In this document: positions 8,922 to 17,525 of the stretch, in pieces
Layout of the letters: the number at the start of each line of letters is the position of its first letter
Numbering within the stretch: position 1 is the first letter of the stretch
IMG/VR virus record: IMGVR_UViG_3300020045_006524
Span: 1-34,743 of that record
Reading direction: 5' to 3' (one strand)
DNA length: 34,743 bases
Source: a virus
Lineage: Duplodnaviria > Caudoviricetes
Position numbers and translations under genes: made by a program
Notes under the pieces: model-generated
What the model saw: the letters and a program-made list of their open reading frames with translations, nothing else
Told to the model about the DNA's origin: nothing
The model's database searches: none

Positions 8922-9537
8922 TTTAAGATTCCTGCTGGCCATTGTGGTAGCATCCCTGTTGCTCATCTCCTGCAGTACAACCAGGAAAGATCAGAAAGCT
9001 GTAGAACGTGTAACTGCCAGCAGAAGTCTGCTTAATCAGGTGAAGGCGCCCGTGGACAGTCTCTGGCCTTGCATCGTGGACACAGTAACCAAGTTCAGAC
9101 CTGGAAAGACTGATAGCATTGCTTACGCAGTACTGGTACCCATAGAGATAGATACTGTTGACAGGCAACGTCTGCTGGATAGTATGCTGCAGAGTGGCGT
9201 CTGCTGGGAATCGGCTAAGACAGCCTACAATGAAGGTTTCAGTGCAGCTCGAAAGCAGATGAAAGATGTGAAGATACCTATGAAAGCTCCCGATACTGTA
9301 GAGGTCACACTCATAGACAGAAGAGGGCTGGACATTGCCAATGCGGCGAGACTGTCTGCTCAGCAGGAAGCAGCTACCCTTCGAGGGACCATCGCCACCC
9401 TTCAATCTACAGCAGAAGATTACAAGAAGGAACGCAACAAGTGGATGTGGTCTTTCATTGGACTGCTATTAGCTGTTGGAATCACAGCAGGTGTATATTT
9501 TTATCTCCGTTTTAAACCCAAACTATTACCCCTATGA
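8911..9537 (+). CDS. Putative unimolecular spanin
   Basis: Start moved to 8911; lipoprotein signal MKTNLRFLLAIVVASLLLIS-C and C-terminal TM WMWSFIGLLLAVGITAGVYFYL, the u-spanin topology. Confidence 0.7.
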   Translation: MKTNLRFLLAIVVASLLLISCSTTRKDQKAVERVTASRSLLNQVKAPVDSLWPCIVDTVTKFRPGKTDSIAYAVLVPIEIDTVDRQRLLDSMLQSGVCWESAKTAYNEGFSAARKQMKDVKIPMKAPDTVEVTLIDRRGLDIANAARLSAQQEAATLRGTIATLQSTAEDYKKERNKWMWSFIGLLLAVGITAGVYFYLRFKPKLLPL

Positions 9538-9815
9538 AGCTCACAGACATAGCCTCCGGATGGTTCAACTTCATTGCCGCTCCCATTGAGCACCAGCAGA
9601 TGATACACTTCCGGTTGGCCATCTGTGATAAGTGCCCCAGTAAGCGACAACTGAGCCCAATGGGAAAAACACTGGTAGAGGCTCTGAATAAAGAGGGTTC
9701 TACCTTCTACTGTAAGGAATGTGGCTGCCCGTTAGCGGGTAAGACTGCTGCTCCTCAATCAACCTGTCCGCTGAGTAAGTGGACCTATTGGATTAAACCT
9801 GAAACTCATTACTGA
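9534..9815 (+). CDS. Small Cys-rich (metal-binding) protein
   Basis: RLAICDKCP...CKECGCPL...TCPLSKW motif. Confidence 0.65.
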   Translation: MKLTDIASGWFNFIAAPIEHQQMIHFRLAICDKCPSKRQLSPMGKTLVEALNKEGSTFYCKECGCPLAGKTAAPQSTCPLSKWTYWIKPETHY

Positions 9816-10534
9816 TGACAACTACAATCATTGCCAAAATCAGGCAGATCATACGCTTCTTTGAAACCTCTAAGATTACAGGGGCAGACTATGCCGCCAT
9901 TGCCACATTCAATGACGGACCAGGGGGAAGACGCCAGGTAACTTTTGGCGCTTCACAAACTACTGAGTATGGGAATTTAAAAAAGCTCATTCAAATGTAT
10001 ATTGAAGCTAAAGGAAAGTATTCACCAGACTTTAGCAGCTATATGAGCATACTCGGAGATTTGAGTAGGCCCAGTTTGGCCACTTCCCCTAATTTCATTG
10101 CACTGCTGAAACTATCGGCCAATGATAAGATTATGCAGGATACGCAGGACCGGTTCTTCAATATCTATTATTTCAACCCTGCCCGCCAATGGTGTGAAAG
10201 GAATGGCTTAGTACTTCCATTGAGTATGCTCGTCATCTATGACAGCTTCGTACACAGTGGTAGCATCATGAACTTTCTGAGGGAAAGCTTCGGTGAGAAG
10301 GTACCGTCCCAAGGAGGCAATGAGAAGGAGTGGATCACTGCTTATGTGAACAGCAGAGATACCTGGTTAGAGAACCACAGCAAAGCCATCCTACAGCAGA
10401 CAGATTATAGAACAGACAGTTTCATCCATGCCATTAAGCAGGGGAACTGGAACTTGGAATTACCTTTTGCAGTAGTAAACTACAAGGACAAGGATGAGAA
10501 GACTACACCCATTGTGAAAGCTACTATTGTATAG
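9815..10534 (+). CDS. Putative endolysin, chitosanase-like (GH46, lysozyme superfamily)
   Basis: IIRFFETS (candidate catalytic Glu), NDGPGGRRQVTFG, MQDTQDRFFNIYYFNPA, YDSFVHSG; last gene of the lysis cluster; no signal peptide. Confidence 0.7.
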   Translation: MTTTIIAKIRQIIRFFETSKITGADYAAIATFNDGPGGRRQVTFGASQTTEYGNLKKLIQMYIEAKGKYSPDFSSYMSILGDLSRPSLATSPNFIALLKLSANDKIMQDTQDRFFNIYYFNPARQWCERNGLVLPLSMLVIYDSFVHSGSIMNFLRESFGEKVPSQGGNEKEWITAYVNSRDTWLENHSKAILQQTDYRTDSFIHAIKQGNWNLELPFAVVNYKDKDEKTTPIVKATIV

Positions 10535-10544
10535 CCGATCGGTT

Positions 10545-10572
10545 AAAAAATGGCAGAGCCCACTGCTCTGCC
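10545..10572 (-). terminator. Intrinsic terminator at the convergence point
   Basis: 8-bp stem GGCAGAGC/GCTCTGCC (10552-10559/10565-10572), 5-nt loop, U6 tract on the minus strand. Confidence 0.75.
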
Positions 10573-10580
10573 GAAATACT

Positions 10581-10802
10581 TTAACTGCCAATAGGAGTGA
10601 TCTCTACTTGCCCATTTCGGTATAGATATTTAAATACCCAACCAGAACCGGCAACCAAATTGATTGCTTCATTCTCACTTTTAAAGTGTAAGATATTACC
10701 TCCTTTGATTGCCACTGTGCCACTTGTTTGAACAGTAGTGGTAGAATTAATTGAAGCTAAGATATGTTCCTCTACTTTCTTAGCTGCTTCAAATACATCC
10801 AT
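10581..10802 (-). CDS. Hypothetical protein (73 aa), AT-rich, between two terminators
   Basis: ATG start, AT-rich leader, fills the gap. Confidence 0.6.
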   Translation of the reverse strand: MDVFEAAKKVEEHILASINSTTTVQTSGTVAIKGGNILHFKSENEAINLVAGSGWVFKYLYRNGQVEITPIGS

Positions 10803-10818
10803 AATAAGACTTTTTGGT

Positions 10819-10883
10819 ATTCCTGTACGGTGCGATTAATCAACATTTAAAATACTCTTTCAATTCCTGGGAGGTGCGATTAA
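10819..10883. repeat. Two 21-nt direct repeats ATTCCTG-NNN-GGTGCGATTAA with a 44-nt period
   Basis: 10819-10839 (attcctgtacggtgcgattaa) and 10863-10883 (attcctgggaggtgcgattaa); 18/21 identical. Confidence 0.8.
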
Positions 10884-10913
10884 ATGCTAAGGTAGGGGAA
10901 TTATTCTGAAATG

Positions 10914-10939
10914 AAAAGAGAGCCTGTTAAAGGCTCTCT
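10914..10939 (-). terminator. Intrinsic terminator overlapping the stop of 10927..11454
   Basis: 9-bp stem AGAGAGCCT/AGGCTCTCT with the TAA stop in the loop, followed on the minus strand by TTTCATTTC. Confidence 0.7.
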
Positions 10940-11454
10940 ATTGTAATAAAACTTGATTCTGCTGGCGGTGAAAGTAGTTCCTCAGGTATCCACTGATCAG
11001 TTGTGTTAATCAGTTCAACCCATTTCCTTCTTAACACCGGATGATTATCCAGGGCCATCAGTATGGCATCTGTTAGCTTGTTGCCGTTCTCATCGGCCAC
11101 TTCATACTTCAGCCCACTCATATCTCTGATCTTCTGCTTAGCCCCTTCGCTCATCTTACTATATTTCCCACTGAGAAACTTCTCATAGTCTTTCCTCCAC
11201 TCTGCCGGCACCTGAAACAGCAGGTAATCATTGTTGCCAATGGTTACACCTGAATCATAGTACTCTGAAAGCAATGTCTCTGCACATAAGTGCATGTCCA
11301 GTACCCGTATGGATATGAGGTAAGTTCCCTTGACCTGGTATCCGTTTACGAAATTGGAAATTCCGAATGCTTCCACATTCAAGTCCAGCAGAGGTAGGAT
11401 GTACCAACTACATAAATGCTTCTCGTTCAACTTCTCTATGAATGGATCTGACAT
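10927..11454 (-). CDS. Hypothetical phage protein
   Basis: Long ORF in operon orientation; start at MSDPF (11454) or 11463. Confidence 0.7.
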   Translation of the reverse strand: MSDPFIEKLNEKHLCSWYILPLLDLNVEAFGISNFVNGYQVKGTYLISIRVLDMHLCAETLLSEYYDSGVTIGNNDYLLFQVPAEWRKDYEKFLSGKYSKMSEGAKQKIRDMSGLKYEVADENGNKLTDAILMALDNHPVLRRKWVELINTTDQWIPEELLSPPAESSFITIESL

Positions 11455-12265
11455 AATCTGCACTGTTCTTTACTCCGGCCAAATAATCTTCAACGTTAAA
11501 CCCGAACTTGTTCCACAAAGGATGATCAGGTGTAACCATTTGAATTGTTTCTAACGTCTGCTGATAGATGATGTCACCATAATGCGGGCCGTACTGCTTC
11601 TGGTACGCCATCTTCACAGCGTTGGTCCACATAAGAGTATTGGTCTCATTGAGTAGCTTATCTGCTTTGACAGCTCCCATTCCGGCTACCCCGGCTATGT
11701 TATCCACGCCATCCCCAACTAACAGCTGGTAATGCATGTTTCTGCTTGCCTGCTTCATATCAACAGTCTCCAGTCCCTTGTGCTTCTCACTACCAAAGTC
11801 TTTGTAGTTGTAGAAGTACCCGGGTATCTGACGAAGGTCTTTATCAGGTGAACAGATGATGGCTTTGGGATTTCCGAGTGCTAATGTAGCAACAACATCA
11901 TCAGTTTCCAAATAATCCGGTGCATATTTAAATCCCCACTTGCTGATGAGCCTCTCCTTAACGATTGGCTCCCAGTATTTGATCCATGGTTCCTTCTCCT
12001 GTCTGTTACCCTTGTACGGCTTGTACTTGTAGATAGCATACCTGAAGCAATGAGACTGAGGCGCTGCCAGGACACCTACAAACTGAGGTGCAGCAGTGAT
12101 GGTGAGGAAGTCATTCATCCAGCTATCAACAGCAGAATGCATTATCTCAACTTCTGAGTGCTCCCTGTTGAACCAGCCGAGAATGTACGGGATAGCATCT
12201 CCGTCAATGACCAGCAGACTACAAAAGTCTTGCTGCAGCGGAATTGATTGTTTCGATTCTTCCAT
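11408..12265 (-). CDS. 5'-3' exonuclease / flap endonuclease (PIN-like)
   Basis: VIDGD, FRY...YKGNR, LETDD, SPDKDLRQIPG, GDGVDNIAGVAGMG (helix-hairpin-helix). Confidence 0.9.
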   Translation of the reverse strand: MEESKQSIPLQQDFCSLLVIDGDAIPYILGWFNREHSEVEIMHSAVDSWMNDFLTITAAPQFVGVLAAPQSHCFRYAIYKYKPYKGNRQEKEPWIKYWEPIVKERLISKWGFKYAPDYLETDDVVATLALGNPKAIICSPDKDLRQIPGYFYNYKDFGSEKHKGLETVDMKQASRNMHYQLLVGDGVDNIAGVAGMGAVKADKLLNETNTLMWTNAVKMAYQKQYGPHYGDIIYQQTLETIQMVTPDHPLWNKFGFNVEDYLAGVKNSADYVRSIHREVEREAFM

Positions 12266-12518
12266 GTGCTAATTTATAGTACACTTCAGTTTTGATTGAT
12301 TCTCTCCTGACTACTCCCAGAGCTATGAGCTTGGTAAGCCTGTACTGAACAGCAGACAGTGGAACTTTACTGTTGGACATGAATCTGGCGGTGCAAGTTT
12401 CCTTGCCGCTGTACTCATTCAACAGAGTCAATATGTGAAGTGATACTGGGTGTGATAAAATTGAAAATACGCTTGCTGCCTGTTTGTAGGCTGCAGAGGC
12501 TATGACATTGTCTGACAT
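12219..12518 (-). CDS. ArsR-like winged-helix DNA-binding protein
   Basis: FSILSHPVSLHILTLL...SAVQYRLTKLIALGVVRRE...VYYKL pattern. Confidence 0.7.
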   Translation of the reverse strand: MSDNVIASAAYKQAASVFSILSHPVSLHILTLLNEYSGKETCTARFMSNSKVPLSAVQYRLTKLIALGVVRRESIKTEVYYKLAHGRIETINSAAARLL

Positions 12519-12895
12519 ACTCGTTGTTTACGTTCTTCATTGGTTTTCTTCTGATGACAACTTTTGCAAAGTATCTGGTAAGCATCAATGTTCTCCGGTG
12601 TAAGCTTTTGAATGAACCCGGCAATGTCCTCAAGAGTATTGAGGGAACCGCAGGGTTGTACATGATCTATCTCCACTTCCTTCCGAGGGAACCAATTAGT
12701 GCACTTACAGCAGACGTACTCAAACTTCAACCGTTTATTACTACTGAGTGATGTACGCTTAGCTGCCTCCAATGCTAACCGCATGGGAGTCCACCACCTG
12801 AATGCTCGTCTCAGAGTAGTTCTCAGTTTACCAAAGTATTGTGCTTCTGTCATCGTGCCGCCATTGCGGGGCTTTGGAGTTTTCGTCTTTGCCAT
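12500..12895 (-). CDS. HNH endonuclease
   Basis: CCKC, EIDHVQP and LCKSCHQKKT motifs. Confidence 0.8.
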   Translation of the reverse strand: MAKTKTPKPRNGGTMTEAQYFGKLRTTLRRAFRWWTPMRLALEAAKRTSLSSNKRLKFEYVCCKCTNWFPRKEVEIDHVQPCGSLNTLEDIAGFIQKLTPENIDAYQILCKSCHQKKTNEERKQRVCQTMS

Positions 12896-12913
12896 AGGGA
12901 ATTGTAAGGAGTG

Positions 12914-12993
12914 AAAAGAAGAGATTGATCTCAGGGTTCGAACGTTACCAGTATTGCTACCACACTACTCTAATTACCTGAAATCAACCTCTT
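12914..12993 (-). other. Long intergenic RNA stem-loop downstream of rIIB (processing site, terminator or structured RNA)
   Basis: 17-bp stem 12977-12993 with 12919-12935, including two G-U pairs valid only on the minus strand; 41-nt loop with an inner hairpin; followed by CUUUU. Confidence 0.6.
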
Positions 12994-12999
12994 ACAAAT

Positions 13000-14166
13000 T
13001 TACAAAAGATTCTTCTTCTCTTCCAGGTCAGCAGTGATCTTATCCACATCCTGTTGGGATGCTTCTACTGCTTCTTCAATCAGTTTAGCGTATTCAGCAT
13101 CTGTTACTTTCGCATACTCGCTACTGTGATAGATAGATTTGTTCACACCTGCAAAGCTGCTATGTACAAAGTATCTCTTTACAGTCATGGCTCCATCATT
13201 GCCGTAGCCTAAGCCACCAACTGTATGAATGTCCATCGGGTCAACAAAGATGTTATGGGTAACAGTGCCTTCCTGCTGGTAACCGGCAATGTATTTCAAG
13301 CCACCGCAATGAAGACCTTTGTGGCCGGGAGAACTTACTTTATCCCAGCTATCCAGGTAATGCGGCATACCTACACGGATGAAGTGACCTGCTTTATCAC
13401 CACAGAAGAATTCATCCCCGCCCTTACCCATTACATAAGGCTCGAACAGGCGCTCTTCTACGAACTTAGGCTCGTCATAAGTGACCATGCCGGTATCAGG
13501 ATCAACACTTTTCGTGTACCTGCTTTTGGTAATCACATCTTCATCATCATTTAATTCATACCTGGTAAGAACTTCCTTGCTAACCTTGTAGCATACCAGC
13601 AATCCTTCCTGAGTGATAGCCACCTGCTTAGAGGTAGCACGAACAGCAGCAACTTCAGGTGCCAACCCGTTCTTTTGCACCAGTTCAGCAGCAAATGCAG
13701 AATTGGTATAATCCGCATCAATATACTGGGCAAACATATTTCCTGCTTCAGCAGAATACTTTGGCCTTCCGGGAATAGGACGGATGTAACGAGCCCAGGC
13801 TTTCACCAGAGGTAACACATCAATCTTCTTCTCTACAGATGCAATGATGCGATTCACCAAAGCCTTAGGAATAGGGATGCTGCTCACCTTACCGTTGATG
13901 GCTAAGTAAATCTTACCGGTGTGATTGTTAACCCACAGAAACTGCCCACCAGCAGAATGCTCTACAAGTTCTTTGTAATCTTCTTTGGTTAACATTTCAA
14001 AATCTTCCAGGATCACTTTCAGCTCATCCATAGATGTAGCTAAATTAGCCTTGGCTTCCAGATCTTTCATCTGGGCATACTTTTGTTCAGAGAATTGTAC
14101 TCCGAATGGTTTTCCACCATAAGATCCGACTAGCGAATCGTTCACAACGTTTACGATGATCATCAT
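13000..14166 (-). CDS. rIIB: rIIB-like protein
   Basis: AITQEGLLVCYK, GLHCGGLKYI and FVDPMDI motifs; downstream of an rIIA-like gene. Confidence 0.75.
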   Translation of the reverse strand: MMIIVNVVNDSLVGSYGGKPFGVQFSEQKYAQMKDLEAKANLATSMDELKVILEDFEMLTKEDYKELVEHSAGGQFLWVNNHTGKIYLAINGKVSSIPIPKALVNRIIASVEKKIDVLPLVKAWARYIRPIPGRPKYSAEAGNMFAQYIDADYTNSAFAAELVQKNGLAPEVAAVRATSKQVAITQEGLLVCYKVSKEVLTRYELNDDEDVITKSRYTKSVDPDTGMVTYDEPKFVEERLFEPYVMGKGGDEFFCGDKAGHFIRVGMPHYLDSWDKVSSPGHKGLHCGGLKYIAGYQQEGTVTHNIFVDPMDIHTVGGLGYGNDGAMTVKRYFVHSSFAGVNKSIYHSSEYAKVTDAEYAKLIEEAVEASQQDVDKITADLEEKKNLL

Positions 14167-14191
14167 ATACTTGTTTAAAAATTACGAAATG

Positions 14192-14473
14192 TCACTTAAA
14201 AGAAGCTAATGCTTCTTCTCGTGTTTGATAGTACTTACCAAGCCAACCATTTGAAATGGTTATTTCATTAAACCACCATGGGTAGTCTTGAGAATTAAGG
14301 TCGCCTTTTTGCTCCCCCTCAAGTATTCTGTTTAGTTTAACTTGAAGTTCGTATTTCATACAGGCAGTTTTAAAGTTTACTGATTCTACTTTTGCTAAAA
14401 GCTCTGGCTCATTTGAACCATGATGACCTTGCCCTAAATGATAGCTTCCTACCCAAATTTCAAATTGCTGCAT
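14192..14473 (-). CDS. Hypothetical protein, AT-rich, between rIIA and rIIB
   Basis: 93-aa ORF filling the gap. Confidence 0.7.
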   Translation of the reverse strand: MQQFEIWVGSYHLGQGHHGSNEPELLAKVESVNFKTACMKYELQVKLNRILEGEQKGDLNSQDYPWWFNEITISNGWLGKYYQTREEALASFK

Positions 14474-14489
14474 ACTATGTAGTTTTAGA

Positions 14490-17168
14490 TTAAATACTCA
14501 CTCCACGGTATTGACAGTACCGGACAATCTCCTCCTGCTGGTCATTGGACATGTCTACACTGTGTGTCAATGGTCTTACCATATTGAACATCACTTGTAC
14601 AGGCTGTGCCCAATCCACCAACTCCAGGTACATATCATACAGCTCAGTGTCAATAGCTCTTCCATCCTGTATCTCAACTCCTGCTTCAGGGTTGAACAGT
14701 TGTGTAGCCAATGCAGCAATAGACTCTGTATCTTCAGGATTATTCCTGACGAACAACTGGAACTGACCTACCTTATCCAGGTGAGAGATGAGTTGACCTG
14801 TAGTTGTATCATCAGCTCCAAGCACGTTGGTACCAATCCTGATTTCACGCCAGTAGCTACTGACATAATCTGACAGCTTCTTCCACTGCTCATGCTTTTC
14901 CTTAGAGATGGAATTGAATCCTTGCAGAAACTGTAATTCTGCTATCTTCTCTTGCAGCAGACGAGCTGTGTTCCATCTTACCAATGCATTACTCATTGTG
15001 ATCGTTTTATTCTTGATTTCTTTGAAGAACTTGGTGATGTGCTTGAAGTCCTTGTAATACTTCACATTGTTCTGTGCTACCTTGATGAGCCGGACTGGTG
15101 AGTCTTCATGGAATGCATTACAACGCTCATACTCATGCGTATTTAAGTAGGTAATACCTTTCGCTCTAAGTTCCAAGCATTCTTGGCCCATATCAGCATT
15201 GTAGCCAGTTATCCCTTCTGCAAACCGGGTAAGTAAGCCTGCTGTGTGTAGAAGAGGCTCATAGTCCTGGTTACTCCAAAACACTTCCTCATTCTTCCAC
15301 GTATCAACCAGATGAATAGGCATTTCAATCTTCTGCATCTCATATATCTTCTGACCATTACCATTAAGCACATGGACGCTATCCTTTGTACAACTGGCAG
15401 TCCTAATCGTATGCAGCACAGTACTACCACTGGCTTTCCTTCTCTCAGCAGCAGACTCAACAGCTTCCTTCGTATCTTCTTCCACTTCTTCCTCCTCATC
15501 TTCATTGCTAGCTTTGAAGTCATCAGGTACTACAATACTCTCGTACATTACCTTGTCTGCTGAGGCCATGATGTAGTTGGTGAGCTTAATTATCTTCTCC
15601 TCAGCTTTAAGAGTCTGCTTTTCAAGTGACTCTAAAGAATTGCGCATACCACGAGCCTCTTCAATCCTTTGCTCACTTGGACCTTCAGGTTGTACCTGAA
15701 TCATTACAAACCCTTGAGTATGCATCCTGCTTAAGATGAACTTGTTCTTCCGGTTGTTAATGTCGCCATTAACTATCAGCAGAGGGAGTCCTTCAGTGAG
15801 TGCAGCTCTCCAGCTTGCCTGGTACTCTACCTTCTTCACTATCTTAGATCCTTTACGGGTAGTAGTGAACTCAACTCTCTGTACCCTGATGCCATTCATC
15901 AATCCACTGTTGAACTTGAGTGTAGGATCAGGAGAGTAAGCCAATTCTACCTTGCTCATGTCTACTATCTTAGCCAGACGGCCAATGACTGTGTTCTCAT
16001 CAGCAGACGACCATAGACTGTTGGCAGCAGATGCATTGGCACATACCTTCAACCACTTTAGGAAGTCTGTCTCTCTCAGTTCCTGGTTGATGGTAGCTTG
16101 CGCTATTCCTACAACTTCATGGAATCTGTTAACTACTACTTCCCGGGTTTTGTCATCCCATATCAGAGATTCTCTGCTGGGATTGATGTTAACCAGATCA
16201 GGATTCACCTTGATTCCGATGTTACCCAGCTTGTCCTCAAGCTCCAACTCCTGGAAATTAATGTAACCGTAATTGACACCATTGAGCAGCAGATGTGGTT
16301 TAGAGAACGGACTATTGGTTGATAACACGATCATGTCATCTTCATACATGACGTTGGCCTTCACCGGTTGTTCCACTTCCTTACCAGCAGGTCCGACAAA
16401 GAGCCTGACATTCTTGAAGTATAACAGTTGAGTCTGAACAGCATCAATGTACTGTGCCTTGTGATGTTTCTTGGCAGCTATCTCAATCTGTAGCATATTA
16501 GGCTCACTGGTACGTTTATAGTAACACAGGTAACCGTTAGCAAATGTGTAAGGTGGATTCTCGATCATGAGATCAGTATCATACCTCGGCACCAGGCTTT
16601 CAACCCGATGAGCATACACATTGAAACAGAACTCTGTCCCATTGTATCTGCTGGTGATTGTGTAGAAGGGAACTCCCACTGATAAAGGAGCCTTGGCACC
16701 AATGCCGAACTTGCCCAAAGCCTTGCTCAGCAGACGTTTGCTGGAGTAACCTAAATTAAAATAGCTCTCCAGTCTGTTACCTCCGAGGCCAACTCCATGA
16801 TCCCGGATAACGATGCTGTCCTTTCCCATCTCCCCACCATCTGTGTAGATGATGTCCACTTCATCTACAGCAGACAGATACTGTAAATTGTAATAATCAG
16901 GATTGAAATGACTGTCTTTGTACAGTGCTCCTTCTCTCTCTACAAAGTAATCCTCTACCTTAGCCTTTCCCGTTAAGATTTCCCGAGCGATATGCTTTTC
17001 TGTAAGGCTATCCAGTCCATTACTCACAATCTCTCTGATTGTAGACTTGAACGGATATGCGTACTGATGCTGCTGAAGAATTGAAAACATCAAGTCTTGA
17101 GCGCCGTTATCTATAATTTTCGAGAAACCACCTGATATTTCGCTTGTCTCCTGTGTAAGTATCGCCAT
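14490..17168 (-). CDS. rIIA: rIIA-like protein with N-terminal GHKL ATPase domain
   Basis: IREIVSNGLDS, IRDHGVGL, SSKR, GKFGIGAKAPL and NINPSRESL motifs; start moved to MAILTQ (17168). Confidence 0.85.
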   Translation of the reverse strand: MAILTQETSEISGGFSKIIDNGAQDLMFSILQQHQYAYPFKSTIREIVSNGLDSLTEKHIAREILTGKAKVEDYFVEREGALYKDSHFNPDYYNLQYLSAVDEVDIIYTDGGEMGKDSIVIRDHGVGLGGNRLESYFNLGYSSKRLLSKALGKFGIGAKAPLSVGVPFYTITSRYNGTEFCFNVYAHRVESLVPRYDTDLMIENPPYTFANGYLCYYKRTSEPNMLQIEIAAKKHHKAQYIDAVQTQLLYFKNVRLFVGPAGKEVEQPVKANVMYEDDMIVLSTNSPFSKPHLLLNGVNYGYINFQELELEDKLGNIGIKVNPDLVNINPSRESLIWDDKTREVVVNRFHEVVGIAQATINQELRETDFLKWLKVCANASAANSLWSSADENTVIGRLAKIVDMSKVELAYSPDPTLKFNSGLMNGIRVQRVEFTTTRKGSKIVKKVEYQASWRAALTEGLPLLIVNGDINNRKNKFILSRMHTQGFVMIQVQPEGPSEQRIEEARGMRNSLESLEKQTLKAEEKIIKLTNYIMASADKVMYESIVVPDDFKASNEDEEEEVEEDTKEAVESAAERRKASGSTVLHTIRTASCTKDSVHVLNGNGQKIYEMQKIEMPIHLVDTWKNEEVFWSNQDYEPLLHTAGLLTRFAEGITGYNADMGQECLELRAKGITYLNTHEYERCNAFHEDSPVRLIKVAQNNVKYYKDFKHITKFFKEIKNKTITMSNALVRWNTARLLQEKIAELQFLQGFNSISKEKHEQWKKLSDYVSSYWREIRIGTNVLGADDTTTGQLISHLDKVGQFQLFVRNNPEDTESIAALATQLFNPEAGVEIQDGRAIDTELYDMYLELVDWAQPVQVMFNMVRPLTHSVDMSNDQQEEIVRYCQYRGVSI

Positions 17169-17397
17169 ATAAAATTTCTGTGTTTTCGTTAAAATACCTT
17201 CTGTCCACTTCATACCTTCTCATCTCTTTACCTCCAAGCATGAACGTTACCATTACCTCTCCGCCATCAATGTTCACAGAGAGTCTTTGAACCATGCCTA
17301 CCACCTGCTTGGAGTGAATGGTTAAGAAGGAGACCATCTTACCTACCAGTCCTCTTTCCAGGCGAGACTCTATATCACCTCTTGTAAGCATTTCCAT
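17107..17397 (-). CDS. Hypothetical protein
   Basis: ORF in operon orientation; overlaps the rIIA start. Confidence 0.6.
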   Translation of the reverse strand: MEMLTRGDIESRLERGLVGKMVSFLTIHSKQVVGMVQRLSVNIDGGEVMVTFMLGGKEMRRYEVDRRYFNENTEILYGDTYTGDKRNIRWFLENYR

Positions 17398-17525
17398 ATA
17401 AGTATAATTGAAAGTACAATCATGTGAAATCTAGTTGATCTCAGCTCATCTTTACATCTCTTCAATTCTATGTCCTTCAACTCCAGCTTATATTTAAATA
17501 CCTCCTCTTCAGTCAATCTGCTCAT
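17370..17525 (-). CDS. Small protein not in the ORF track (51 aa, MSRLTEEEVFKYKLELKDIELKRCKDELRSTRFHMIVLSIILIWKCLQEVI)
   Basis: ATG overlaps the primase stop (ATGA); fills the gap; charged helix plus hydrophobic C-terminus. Confidence 0.55.
   Translation of the reverse strand: MSRLTEEEVFKYKLELKDIELKRCKDELRSTRFHMIVLSIILIWKCLQEVI

Noticed and set aside
10819-10883. Direct repeats as a mini CRISPR array
   Set aside because: Only two 21-nt copies with a variable centre, a 23-nt spacer, no palindrome and no cas genes in the window
12931-12980. tRNA or twister/hammerhead ribozyme suggested by GTTCGAAC and TGGTAG
   Set aside because: No cloverleaf could be built and the conserved ribozyme cores could not be matched by eye; kept only as an unclassified stem-loop
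13040-13048. Perfect DnaA box TTATCCACA
   Set aside because: A single copy inside the rIIB coding sequence; one 9-mer in 35 kb can occur by chance and no cluster was seen
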